Made by a program: the position numbers and the translations under genes. DNA of 64,000 nucleotides from an uncultured Acidobacteriota bacterium (GTDB lineage: Bacteria > Acidobacteriota > Thermoanaerobaculia > Multivoradales > UBA5704), in NCBI GenBank assembly GCA_963770895.1, contig CAVYRF010000002.1:416001-480000 (forward strand), in the 5' to 3' direction. Positions 1 to 9,270 of this stretch are shown here, in pieces. How positions within the stretch are numbered: position 1 is the stretch's first letter; every line of letters starts with the position of its first letter. The notes under the pieces were generated by a model that had not been told where the DNA came from, searched no databases, and worked only from the letters and a program-made list of their open reading frames with translations.

Positions 1-2881
1 CCGCACTTGCGCCGGCGCTCTGCACCCGCTGGCGGCGCTCGACCGGCGGCCAGAGCGGTGAGGGCGGAAAGCCCGGACCGACGCCGGCCGGCGCCGCGTC
101 GCCGGCGCTGGCGGGCGTCGATTTGCCCGAACCAGTGCCGGCGGGTGCCGTTGGCGACACGTCCACTATGTCCGCCGCCGGAACAGCCGCCGCCTGAACA
201 CCCGCCGCCTCCTGCCCGGCGGCCTGCTGCCTGGCCGCCTGTTGCCCGAAGCTGACCACGCGGTCCCACACCGCTCCCAGGTCGTCGCCAAAGATCACCA
301 GGAGGTCGCCGGCGGCGGCGGCCTGTAATGCTTTTTCGACCGCCTCCTTCTCGCGATAAACGTCCGGGGCGATGTGGTCGGCGGGGAAGCCGGCGGCGAT
401 CAGGCCGCTGCGGAGCAGCTCGCCGACCTCGCCGGGGCGGCGGCCGCGCAGGTGGTCGTCTTCGCGCAGCAGGATCAGGTCGAAGGCGGGGGCGGCGGCG
501 GCGGCCAGCTGGGCGATGTCTTCGTCGCGGCGGTCGCCGGGGGCGGCGATGACGCCGATGCGCTGGCCGTGGACGGTGAGGCTGCGGATCATGCGCGCCA
601 TGGCGGCCATGCCGTGGGCGTTGTGGGCGTAGTCGAGCAGGACGCGGAAGGGGAGCTCGTGGTAGAAGTTGAGGCGGCCGGGGGTTTGGAAGAAGTCCGC
701 GGTGAAGGTGCGCAGGCCCTGGCGGATGTTTTCGACGTCGATGCCCAGGCCGTGGGCGATGGCGGCGGCGAACATGGCGTTCTGCACGTTGTGCAGGGCC
801 AGGCCTTCCACGGTCGCGGGGATCTGTCGCGCCAGCAGCAGCGGCACCTGCTCGCCGTGCTGATAGAGCACCAGCATGCGGCCCGACAGGCCCTGCACCA
901 GCGATACCGCGGCGCCGCGGTCGTTGCGGACGTGCGAGGCGACGCGCTCGTTGAGCGGGTCCATGGTGACGTAGATGGGCTTGGCCGGGCTGTGGCTTGC
1001 CATGCGCACGACGCGGGGGTCGTCGGCGTTGAGCACGCAATAGTCGCGCGCCACTTCCACGATGACCTGCTTGACGCGGGCGAGGTCGTCCAGGTTTTCG
1101 ATGCCGCCCAGGCCCAGGTGATCGGAGGCGACGTTGAGCACCGCGCCGACGCCGCATTTGCGCCAGCCGAGGCCGGAGCGGACGATACCGCCGCGGGCGG
1201 TTTCGAGCACGGCCGCGTCGACGGTCGGATCGCGCAGGACCAGGTGACTGGCCCACGGCCCGGTCATGTCGCCTTTCACGGTCAGGACGCCATCGATGTA
1301 AACGCCGTCGCTGGTCGCCATGCCCACGGTGTGGCCGGACAGCTTGAGGATGTGGCCGACCATGCGGGTGGTGGTGGTCTTGCCGTTGGTGCCGGTGATG
1401 GCGGCGATCGGGATGCGGTAGGGAGTGCCGTGCGGAAAGAGCATGTCCAGCACCGGTCCCGCGACGTCGCGCGGGGTGCCCTCGGTGGGCGCCGTGTGCA
1501 TGCGGAAGCCCGGCGCCGCGTTGACTTCGACGACCGCGCCGCCGACCTCTTTATGGCTGCGCGAAATGTCGGGCGAGATGAAATCGACGCCGCCCACGTC
1601 CAGGCCGATGGCGCGCACGCCGCGCTCCGCCATGATGCGGTTGTCGTAATGGATCACGTCGGTCTTGTCGATCGAGGTGCCGCCGGTGCTCAGGTTGCCG
1701 GTCGAGCGCAGATAGAACAGCTGGCCCGCGGGCAGCACCGATTCGGGATCCAGGCCGGCCTCCTTGCACAAGCGCAGCGCCTGCTCGTCCAGCTCCAGGC
1801 GGGTCAGCACCTTTTCATGGCCGACGCCGCGCCGCGGGTCCTGGTTGACCAGCTCGACCAGCTGGGCGATCGTGTGCCGGCCGTCGCCGACGACGTGGCC
1901 GGGCACGCGCTGGGCGACCGCCACCAGCTTGCCGTTTACAATCAGGATGCGGTAGTCGTTGCCCTGTTGAAAGGTTTCGACGATCACCGTCGACGAATAG
2001 TATTCAGCTTCGGCGAACGCCGTCCGCACCTGGTCGGCGGTGGTCAGACCGATGGCGACGCCCTTGCCGTGATTGCCGTCCAGCGGCTTGATCACCACCG
2101 GGTAGCCCAGGCCCTCGGCCTCTTCCACCGCTTCTTCGGCGTCGTAGACCCGCACCTGGCGCGGCACCGGCAGGCCGAGATCGGCCAAAATCTGATTGGT
2201 CAGGCGCTTGTCAGAAGCGATTTCCACCGCGGTGTGGCGGGTTTCGCTGGTGATCGTCGCCTGGATGCGGCGCTGGAACTTGCCGTGTCCCAGCTGCACC
2301 AGCGACCGATCGTTCAAACGAATCCAGGGGATGTCGCGGTCGTCGGCGGCGCGCACCAGCGCCCCGGTCGAGGGGCCGAAGGCACGCCGCTGCGCCAGGC
2401 GCACCAGCGATTCGCACTCGGCGCGAAAATCGAACGGCGACGAGTCGTGGTCCGCCCGCTCGACGGGCAGCAGGTGGCGGAGGACTGCCAGCGCCAGCTC
2501 GCCCGCGGCGCGGCCCACCGCCTCTTCGGCGTAGCTGTACACCACGTGGTACTGCCCGGTCGGCAGCCCCTCGCTCCGCGTCTTGCCGTAGCTGACCGGC
2601 GTGCCGGCAAGACATTGCAGCTCGATCGCCACGTGCTCCAGCACGTGGCCCAGCCAGGTGCCCTCTTCTTCGCGCAGCCGCCGCACGAAGCCGCCGGGCT
2701 CGCCGTACGAGCAGCCGTGCTCCTCAAGGCTCGGGATGAGCGCCAGCAGGCGTTCGTTGAAGCCGGGGAGCTTCATCGTCGGATACGCCTCCAGCTCCCC
2801 CAGGTCGACGCGCAACCGGATCACCGGCGCCAGGGCGTACAGGTTCGGCCCGCGATAGACCCTGGATTCCAGGATTTTCAT
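1..2881 (-). CDS. cphA: Cyanophycin synthetase CphA1 (3' end runs off the window)
   Basis: Manual translation from ATG at 2881: MKILESRVYRGPNLYA...EHGCSYGEPGGF...GHVLEHVAIELQ; ATP-grasp segment (VVIKPLDGNHGKG), Mur-like P-loop ITGTNGKTTT, VLETARGG, DYAHN. Not in the ORF track because there is no stop inside the window. ATGA overlap with cphB. Confidence 0.96.
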   Translation of the reverse strand, partial: MKILESRVYRGPNLYALAPVIRLRVDLGELEAYPTMKLPGFNERLLALIPSLEEHGCSYGEPGGFVRRLREEEGTWLGHVLEHVAIELQCLAGTPVSYGKTRSEGLPTGQYHVVYSYAEEAVGRAAGELALAVLRHLLPVERADHDSSPFDFRAECESLVRLAQRRAFGPSTGALVRAADDRDIPWIRLNDRSLVQLGHGKFQRRIQATITSETRHTAVEIASDKRLTNQILADLGLPVPRQVRVYDAEEAVEEAEGLGYPVVIKPLDGNHGKGVAIGLTTADQVRTAFAEAEYYSSTVIVETFQQGNDYRILIVNGKLVAVAQRVPGHVVGDGRHTIAQLVELVNQDPRRGVGHEKVLTRLELDEQALRLCKEAGLDPESVLPAGQLFYLRSTGNLSTGGTSIDKTDVIHYDNRIMAERGVRAIGLDVGGVDFISPDISRSHKEVGGAVVEVNAAPGFRMHTAPTEGTPRDVAGPVLDMLFPHGTPYRIPIAAITGTNGKTTTTRMVGHILKLSGHTVGMATSDGVYIDGVLTVKGDMTGPWASHLVLRDPTVDAAVLETARGGIVRSGLGWRKCGVGAVLNVASDHLGLGGIENLDDLARVKQVIVEVARDYCVLNADDPRVVRMASHSPAKPIYVTMDPLNERVASHVRNDRGAAVSLVQGLSGRMLVLYQHGEQVPLLLARQIPATVEGLALHNVQNAMFAAAIAHGLGIDVENIRQGLRTFTADFFQTPGRLNFYHELPFRVLLDYAHNAHGMAAMARMIRSLTVHGQRIGVIAAPGDRRDEDIAQLAAAAAPAFDLILLREDDHLRGRRPGEVGELLRSGLIAAGFPADHIAPDVYREKEAVEKALQAAAAGDLLVIFGDDLGAVWDRVVSFGQQAARQQAAGQEAAGVQAAAVPAADIVDVSPTAPAGTGSGKSTPASAGDAAPAGVGPGFPPSPLWPPVERRQRVQSAGASA

Positions 2882-3918
2882 CGTCCGTTCATCTCCTCGG
2901 CCGTCGCGTCGTCCTCACCTTCGCCTTCACGTTCGCCGCCCTCGCCGCTCTCGCCGCCGTCACCGCGTTCGCCGCCACCCCCGCCGGCCCCGCCCCCGGC
3001 ACCGCCGACCCCACCGGCACCGGCACCGGCCACACCACCGATCGCCGACCCGCTGGCCAGCCCTGCCGCCGGCGCGCTGCCGGGCAGCACGACCGGCGGA
3101 TGCCCGGTGCGCTCCGCGAGGTCGTAGCTGCACCCGGCGGTCAGCACGTCGAGCTTGACACCGAGCATCGCCAGCGGCCGCCCGCGGCTGACCGCGTAGC
3201 TGTCCGTGTAGCGCATGCCGCGCGCGTCGACCACCGTCACCGCCCCCACCCCCAGCACCTGCAGCACGCCCGAGCCGTCGAGCACCGCGGCGGTGTCTTC
3301 GTCGACGCCGACGCCCAGCAGCCCAGGATGGTAGGACAGCGCGGTCAGCAGCCGGCCGAGCCGGTCGCGCCGCCGGAAGTGCTGATCGATGACCAGCTCG
3401 GGAGCCAGCCCCAGGCCCGGCGCCAGGTGCACCAGGCGGCGGCGCGGCGTGGCGCCGCTGTCGCCGATGGCGATCATGTGCTGCGACAGGTAGGCGGCGC
3501 CGGCGCTGGTGCCGGCCACCACCATCCCGGCGGCATGGCGGGCGCGGATCGTCGCCTCGACCGGCGTGCCGCCCAAGGCAGACGACAGCCGCAACTGGCT
3601 GCCGCCGGTGATGAACAGCCCGGTCGCGTACTCCAGCAGCTCGACCGCCACGTCGCCCGCGCCCAGCGCCTCCTCGCGCGTCGAGATGTGCAGCACCTCG
3701 ACGCTGTCGGCGTTCAGGCCATAGAAGAGGTCGGTGTAGCGCTCGCCCGTCGTCTGCACTTCGGAGGCGGTGGCGAGCACCACCACCGAGGCGTCCGCCC
3801 CGCCCGCCGCCTGCAGGAAATAGCGCAGGATGGTACGCTCGCGCACCTTGTCCTCGGCGCCACCGATCGCGATCAGAGTCCCCGCCTTCGCCGGGGCCTG
3901 CGCCGCCAGGTTGTCCAT
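2878..3918 (-). CDS. cphB: Cyanophycinase (peptidase S51) with a Gly/Glu-rich C-terminal tail
   Basis: LIAIGGAEDK, ITGGSQ, nucleophile motif GTSAG, IDQHF, GVDEDT; directly upstream of cphA. Start placed at MDNLAA (3918). Confidence 0.94.
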   Translation of the reverse strand: MDNLAAQAPAKAGTLIAIGGAEDKVRERTILRYFLQAAGGADASVVVLATASEVQTTGERYTDLFYGLNADSVEVLHISTREEALGAGDVAVELLEYATGLFITGGSQLRLSSALGGTPVEATIRARHAAGMVVAGTSAGAAYLSQHMIAIGDSGATPRRRLVHLAPGLGLAPELVIDQHFRRRDRLGRLLTALSYHPGLLGVGVDEDTAAVLDGSGVLQVLGVGAVTVVDARGMRYTDSYAVSRGRPLAMLGVKLDVLTAGCSYDLAERTGHPPVVLPGSAPAAGLASGSAIGGVAGAGAGGVGGAGGGAGGGGGERGDGGESGEGGEREGEGEDDATAEEMNGR

Positions 3919-4081
3919 GGTGGATGTCCCGCCTAGTCTTCGACCTGGCGCCCTTGCGGGTCCGGCTGCGCAGTCCCTTTCGCCCACCGTCCGTCCGTGC
4001 CGTTTGCCATGAGCGCGGATGCTAGCACGCGGGCGACGCCGGTCCGGCCTGCGGCCGGCCAAGCCCAAGGAGGCTGACCGC

Positions 4082-5884
4082 ATGCTGCTCGCGGACTCTC
4101 GGCGTCTCACCGGCCGCAACCTCCTGCTGCGCGAGCCGGGAGCGGTCATCGAAGTCGTGGCGGAGCCCGCCGAAGCCCACGCCCTGGCGGCGGCAACGGC
4201 GGAGTGGCAGCGGCAGGCACGCCGCATGCTGGACGCGGTGGGCTGGCGCGGCCAGCAGATCCACGTGCGCCCGTTCCGCGGTGGCATCAGCCTGGCGCTG
4301 AGCGCGCCGATCGACGCCCTCTACACCGCGACCGAGCTCAACGAATGGGCCTGGGAGGCCGCCGTCCTCGCCACCGGCGGCGCCGCCGCCGCAACCGCCG
4401 CGGCGCACGGCGCGGCCCCTGACGCGCGCGGAGCCGGCCCCACCAGCGCCGCCGTGGCGTCGGATCGCGCCGCCTTCGCCGCCGCCGCCGACCGGCTGCG
4501 CGCCGCCATCGCCCGCGAAAGCGACCCGGCGCTGCTCGACCTGCGCGACGCCGCGGCGCGCCACGGCGTCGCGTTCCTGGCCGACGACGACCGCGCCACC
4601 GTCGGCCTGGGCGCCGGCTCGCGCACCTGGCCGCGCGACCAGCTGCCGCCGCCGGCCGCCGTCGAGTGGCGGGCGGTGCACGACATCCCGGTGGCCCTGG
4701 TCACCGGCACCAACGGCAAGACCACCACCACGCGCGCCACCGCCGCCATCCTGGCCGCGGCCGGCCACCGCGTCGGCGTCACCTCCACCGACGGGATCGC
4801 GGTCGGCGGCGACACCCTGGACGTCGGCGACTACTCCGGCCCCGGCGGCGCCCGCACCCTGCTGCGCGACACCCGCGTCCAAGCCGCGGTCCTGGAAACC
4901 GCGCGCGGCGGCCTGCTGCGCCGCGGCCTGGCCCTCGAGCGCGCCACCGCCGCCGCGGTCACCAACATCGCCGACGACCACCTGGGCGCCTACGGCATCG
5001 ACGACCTGGCCGGCCTGGCAGAGGCCAAGCTCCTGGTCACCCAGGCCGTGGTCCCGGACGGCCGGGCGGTGCTCAACGCCGACGACCCCGAGCTGGCCGC
5101 GCGCGGCAGCCAGGGCCCGGCACCGGTCACCTGGTTCAGCCTCGACCCTCACCGCGCCGCGCAACGCGACCTCGCCGCGCACCGCGCCGCGGGCGGCGAC
5201 GCGGTGTTCCTGGAAGGCGGCCAGCTCCTCCTGGCCCGCGGCGGCCAGCCCCCGCAGCTGGTGGCGCCGGCAACCGCCGTGCCCATCGCCTTCGGCGGCG
5301 CGGCGCGCCACAACGTCGCCAACGCCCTGGCCGCGATCGGCCTCGCCGCCGCCATGGGCGCCCCCATCGCCGCCATGGCCCAAGGCCTGGCCTCCCTGCG
5401 CGGCGACGACGACACCGGCGGCGGCAATCCGGGACGCGGCCATCTGATCGAGATCGACGGCTTTCACGCCCTCCTCGACTACGCCCACAACCCGCACGGC
5501 CTGGCCGCCCTGGTCGACTTTGCCGCCACCATCCCCGCCACCCGCCGCCTCATCATCCTCGGTCAGGCCGGCGACCGCGACGACGAATCCCTCCGCCGCC
5601 TGGCCCAGACCGCCTGGACTCTGCACCCCGACCACGTCATCATCAAAGAGCTGACCGCCATGCTCCGCGGCCGCCTTCCCGGCGAGGTTCCCGCCCTCCT
5701 CGAAACCGAGCTGCTGCGCCTGGGCGCCCGCCGCGAAACCCTCACCCACGCCGCCAACGAAGTCGAAGCCGTCCGCCAAGCCCTGGCCTGGGCCCGCCCC
5801 GGCGACCTCCTGCTCCTCCTCATCCACAAGCAGCGCGATGAAGCCCTCGCCATCCTCAACGACCGCCGCCGCGGCTGGGCGTAG
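4082..5884 (+). CDS. CphA-like Mur-ligase family protein (N-domain-like region + M domain, no ATP-grasp domain)
   Basis: N-terminus DSRRLTGRNLL resembles CphA ESRVYRGPNL; VTGTNGKTTT, GDYSGPGGA, VLETARGGLLRRGL, TNIADDHLG, DYAHNPHG, GDRDD. AGGAGG RBS before ATG 4082. Confidence 0.85.
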   Translation: MLLADSRRLTGRNLLLREPGAVIEVVAEPAEAHALAAATAEWQRQARRMLDAVGWRGQQIHVRPFRGGISLALSAPIDALYTATELNEWAWEAAVLATGGAAAATAAAHGAAPDARGAGPTSAAVASDRAAFAAAADRLRAAIARESDPALLDLRDAAARHGVAFLADDDRATVGLGAGSRTWPRDQLPPPAAVEWRAVHDIPVALVTGTNGKTTTTRATAAILAAAGHRVGVTSTDGIAVGGDTLDVGDYSGPGGARTLLRDTRVQAAVLETARGGLLRRGLALERATAAAVTNIADDHLGAYGIDDLAGLAEAKLLVTQAVVPDGRAVLNADDPELAARGSQGPAPVTWFSLDPHRAAQRDLAAHRAAGGDAVFLEGGQLLLARGGQPPQLVAPATAVPIAFGGAARHNVANALAAIGLAAAMGAPIAAMAQGLASLRGDDDTGGGNPGRGHLIEIDGFHALLDYAHNPHGLAALVDFAATIPATRRLIILGQAGDRDDESLRRLAQTAWTLHPDHVIIKELTAMLRGRLPGEVPALLETELLRLGARRETLTHAANEVEAVRQALAWARPGDLLLLLIHKQRDEALAILNDRRRGWA

Positions 5885-6172
5885 GAATCCCGCCGGCCGC
5901 TCGCGCCTACGTCTCAGGACGTTGCCCCATCTCCGGCGCGGAGTGCATCCGCGCTTGGCTCCACTCCCCAACGCCAGCGCGAATCGGCGACGATTGCACA
6001 CGCTGATTCGTACATCAGGCAAGAAACATCGTAGAATCGCGGATACCCGCGGCACCTATCTGCGCTTTCGGGGGAAGGCAATGCCGGAAGTCACTTCTGG
6101 TCGGCCGAATTCCAGGCGCTTCCTGCTGCAGGTGGCGCGATTCAACTCGGCAAAAAGGAGTTGGCTGAAACC

Positions 6173-6973
6173 ATGAGACAAAGCGCTGTCGTCCTCATCA
6201 CCGGCCTCTATCTCGTCGGCGCCGGCTCGGCTCGCCTCGGCGCCGCCGATCCTGGAATCACCAGCGCAAGCAAGGACGCCATCCTCAAGACCCTGGCGGC
6301 GGATCCGGACGTGGTATGGATCGACGCCGCGAAGACACAGCCGATGTTCATTCCTGAGCGTCTGCTCAACACCACGGTGCCATTGGATCAGTTGCCCATT
6401 GGGTCCTCAGAGTTGCGAGACATCCACGTCATGCTCAATCCTCCGGCAAAAGCCGGCGGCTCCGGCGCTCCGATCTGCCGCTGGATGTCAATGCTGGGAA
6501 TCGGCCCTCTCAAGTACAGCGATACCCTCTCGATCGACGGCCACTTCGAAAAGAATGGCTTGCAGGTGATTGGCCGGGTGACGAATGTTGAAACCGGCTT
6601 GTTCTTCTGGCCGCAGAACGTCGCCTCGATGGTGCAAGTACAGGTCGAGGAGGTGGTGCGCGACGATTGGAAGCTCGCGCAAACTAGAACTGAGATGCGC
6701 TTTTACATTCTTGGCGGCTCGCTGAACATCGATGGATCGGTGATGTGCACCAGGAGCGCAGATCCGCCCTTCCATGCTATAGTGGGGCAGCGCCTATATA
6801 TCTTTGGGTTACCTTTTCCGTCAGACCCCCGCCTGATCGACGGAGCCGTCCCTTTCGTTGTGTCAGGCGATCAGTTGCTTGATGTCGGCTACGACCAGGT
6901 ACCCGCATTCAAGCCAATCACCCTGGAAGAAGCGCGGCAGCGCGCCCACAAGGCGGCTGCCAATGTTCACTAG
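6173..6973 (+). CDS. Secreted hypothetical protein with a possible TIMP/NTR-like OB-fold domain
   Basis: Signal-peptide-like N-terminus, AAGGAG upstream, visibly lower GC; pattern VIGRV..V...VQVQVEEVVR...FYILGG...PF..GQRLYIF. Overlaps the start of the next gene. Confidence 0.65.
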   Translation: MRQSAVVLITGLYLVGAGSARLGAADPGITSASKDAILKTLAADPDVVWIDAAKTQPMFIPERLLNTTVPLDQLPIGSSELRDIHVMLNPPAKAGGSGAPICRWMSMLGIGPLKYSDTLSIDGHFEKNGLQVIGRVTNVETGLFFWPQNVASMVQVQVEEVVRDDWKLAQTRTEMRFYILGGSLNIDGSVMCTRSADPPFHAIVGQRLYIFGLPFPSDPRLIDGAVPFVVSGDQLLDVGYDQVPAFKPITLEEARQRAHKAAANVH

Positions 6974-9245
6974 GAGGCTCCTTTCGCTAGCGGCCCTGTG
7001 GGTGTTTGCAGGTACACCCGCAGTTGGACAGACCTGCTCCGCTGGTCGAAATCCGGACACAGAATTCCCCTTCTTCGGCAATACGGACCCCAATCTCGGA
7101 CTGCCGACGTCTAGCGTTACGATCTTTCCAAATGCTGCGGCAGCGTCGAGCTCTGCCCTCCAGAGCACGACGACCAGCGCCGCTGCGGCCTGGAACCAGA
7201 GCTGCCCCCAGTCTTCCTATCCAAATATCCCTGCGTTCAACACCAATTGGGGAGCTCAGGCTCCGCCTTCTTCGTTCGCCGCGAGCCACAACGACCTTGA
7301 AATCGACTACCTTTCGACCACGCCGGCGGCTGCCAATGCGAACGGCACGTACACGACGGCGCTGTGGACGGGGGGCGGCTCGTCAAGCACCACTACGCCT
7401 TCAGTGATTCAGGTTTACGGTCTATGCCCACCAAAGTTGAGCATCCCGGGCCTGTGCACCAACGGCGGCCCCATCTCCTGGACCGGCCCCACCGCACTTG
7501 CCGTCCTTGAGCACGAGATCGGCCACGCGTTGGGGCTCGACCACGACCGGACGACCGACGGGTCGGGCAACACCTGCCCGACCAACGGCGTGATGGAGTC
7601 GTCACCCAGCGCCGGCGCCCTGATCCTGGCCTCGTACTGCATGCTGGCGAACCGCGAGAACAACGACAAGGATGTGTGCAACGACCGCAAGCCGACCTCC
7701 AACCAGACGAACCCGTGCGAGAGCGATCCACCGCCGAGCAGCCAAGGAGGCGGGCCGGGCAACCTGGGCCTGGGCTCGAACAAGGACTGGTGCGTCGCCT
7801 ACGCCTGGGACTGCACCATGAATTCGAGCCCGGATTGGACGCAGACCTGCGCCTACTACTGCACCACCACGACCGACTCCACCGGCGAGATCATCTCGTC
7901 CGGATGCACCTGGAACTGCGACAGTGATGAGGAAGAAGAGGCGAATACCGATCTGGCGGGGCCCACGCTTTCGGTCACCTCGCCCTCGTCCGACCAGACC
8001 GTCTCGGGCATCATCAACCTGACCGGTTGGGCCATGCAGTATTTCGCTCCCGCGACGATCACCCTGGGCGTGGACGGCAACCAGGTGAGCATCGGCAACC
8101 TGGTGCGCGGGCTCCCCTCACCCGCGGCGTGCACGGCGCCGGCCGGCGTGGAACACTACCTTTGCAACACGAACAGCGGTTTCACCGGTACCTTCGATAC
8201 CCGCACGCTGAGCAACGGCAGCCACACCCTGGACGTGCTGGCGGGCACGTCGATCGGCTGGTCCACCAGCATGGAGATCTCGCTGGTAACCGCCAACACC
8301 TGCTTCGACATGGTACCGCCGACGATTTCCTTATCGGCGCCGGCGGCGGGAGCGAGCGTCACCGGAACAGTATCGGTCACCGCGGCGGCGGCGGACAACG
8401 TGGCGGTGGGACAGGTGGCGTTCTACGTCGACGGCCAGATCGCCAAGGTGGTGACGGCCGCACCGTGGGTGTGGTCCTGGGATACCAGCGCGTATTCGCC
8501 GGGCACTCACATCCTGTATGCGGTGGCGACGGACACCTGCAACAACTCGACCGGCGCCAGGACGGTGGCAGTGAACGTGGTGCCGACGATCCGCATGTAC
8601 GTCGATCAGCCCACTTCCGGTTCGACGGTGACGGGCAACGCAGTCTACATGTTGGGTTGGGCGACGGATACCGCCGGCATCGCGTCGATCACCTTCACCG
8701 TGGACGGCATGGGCAGCCTGCCTGTCACCACTCCCTACACCTATGGCCTGAACCGCCCGGACGTCTGCGCCGCCTATCCGGGCAACCCTGCCTGTCCGTA
8801 CGTCGGCTGGGGCGTCGTCTTCGACTCGACACAGATGGCCAACGGCGCCCACACCCTCCGGGCCACCGCCACCGACCATGACGGGCAGACGATCACCTTT
8901 ACCCTTCCCATCGTGGTCTCGAACGCAATGCCGCCGGTGGTATCGATGGTGTGGATGGCGCCGGCGGCCGCTGCCGGCTTCGGTCCGGCCGGCAGCCTGG
9001 TTGTCGCCGGCGACGCTTCGGGAGCGCCCGCGGGCACCGGCGTCCAAGTCTACTGGCGGGATGTCACCGCGGGCGGCCCCTGGACGCTGCTCAGCTACAC
9101 GGCGCCAGTTACCAACGGCTCGTGGGCCAATTCGATCGCCAACGCCAACGACTCGCACGAGTACGCGGCCTACGCAACCTACGGCGGCAGCACCTCCTCC
9201 ACCTGCACCTATCCGGGATCCAACGCCACGTTCTGGTGCCCCTAG
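6963..9245 (+). CDS. Secreted metzincin zinc protease (matrixin-like) with a Cys-rich linker and several bacterial Ig-like domains
   Basis: Signal peptide MFTRRLLSLAALWVFAGTPAVG; HEIGHALGLDH followed by Met-turn GVMES; Ig-like repeats (DTRTLSNGSHTL, WDTSAYSPGTHILYAVATD, DSTQMANGAHTLRATATD). Confidence 0.85.
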   Translation: MFTRRLLSLAALWVFAGTPAVGQTCSAGRNPDTEFPFFGNTDPNLGLPTSSVTIFPNAAAASSSALQSTTTSAAAAWNQSCPQSSYPNIPAFNTNWGAQAPPSSFAASHNDLEIDYLSTTPAAANANGTYTTALWTGGGSSSTTTPSVIQVYGLCPPKLSIPGLCTNGGPISWTGPTALAVLEHEIGHALGLDHDRTTDGSGNTCPTNGVMESSPSAGALILASYCMLANRENNDKDVCNDRKPTSNQTNPCESDPPPSSQGGGPGNLGLGSNKDWCVAYAWDCTMNSSPDWTQTCAYYCTTTTDSTGEIISSGCTWNCDSDEEEEANTDLAGPTLSVTSPSSDQTVSGIINLTGWAMQYFAPATITLGVDGNQVSIGNLVRGLPSPAACTAPAGVEHYLCNTNSGFTGTFDTRTLSNGSHTLDVLAGTSIGWSTSMEISLVTANTCFDMVPPTISLSAPAAGASVTGTVSVTAAAADNVAVGQVAFYVDGQIAKVVTAAPWVWSWDTSAYSPGTHILYAVATDTCNNSTGARTVAVNVVPTIRMYVDQPTSGSTVTGNAVYMLGWATDTAGIASITFTVDGMGSLPVTTPYTYGLNRPDVCAAYPGNPACPYVGWGVVFDSTQMANGAHTLRATATDHDGQTITFTLPIVVSNAMPPVVSMVWMAPAAAAGFGPAGSLVVAGDASGAPAGTGVQVYWRDVTAGGPWTLLSYTAPVTNGSWANSIANANDSHEYAAYATYGGSTSSTCTYPGSNATFWCP

Positions 9246-9270
9246 ACAGACTAGATATCCCCGGTCCCCC

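Noticed and set aside
374-3127. 917-aa plus-strand ORF and similar long antisense ORFs (4022-6055, 17849-20131, 45665-48298, 61035-63953)
   Set aside because: Shadow ORFs opposite well-supported genes in high-GC DNA, with no recognisable motifs.
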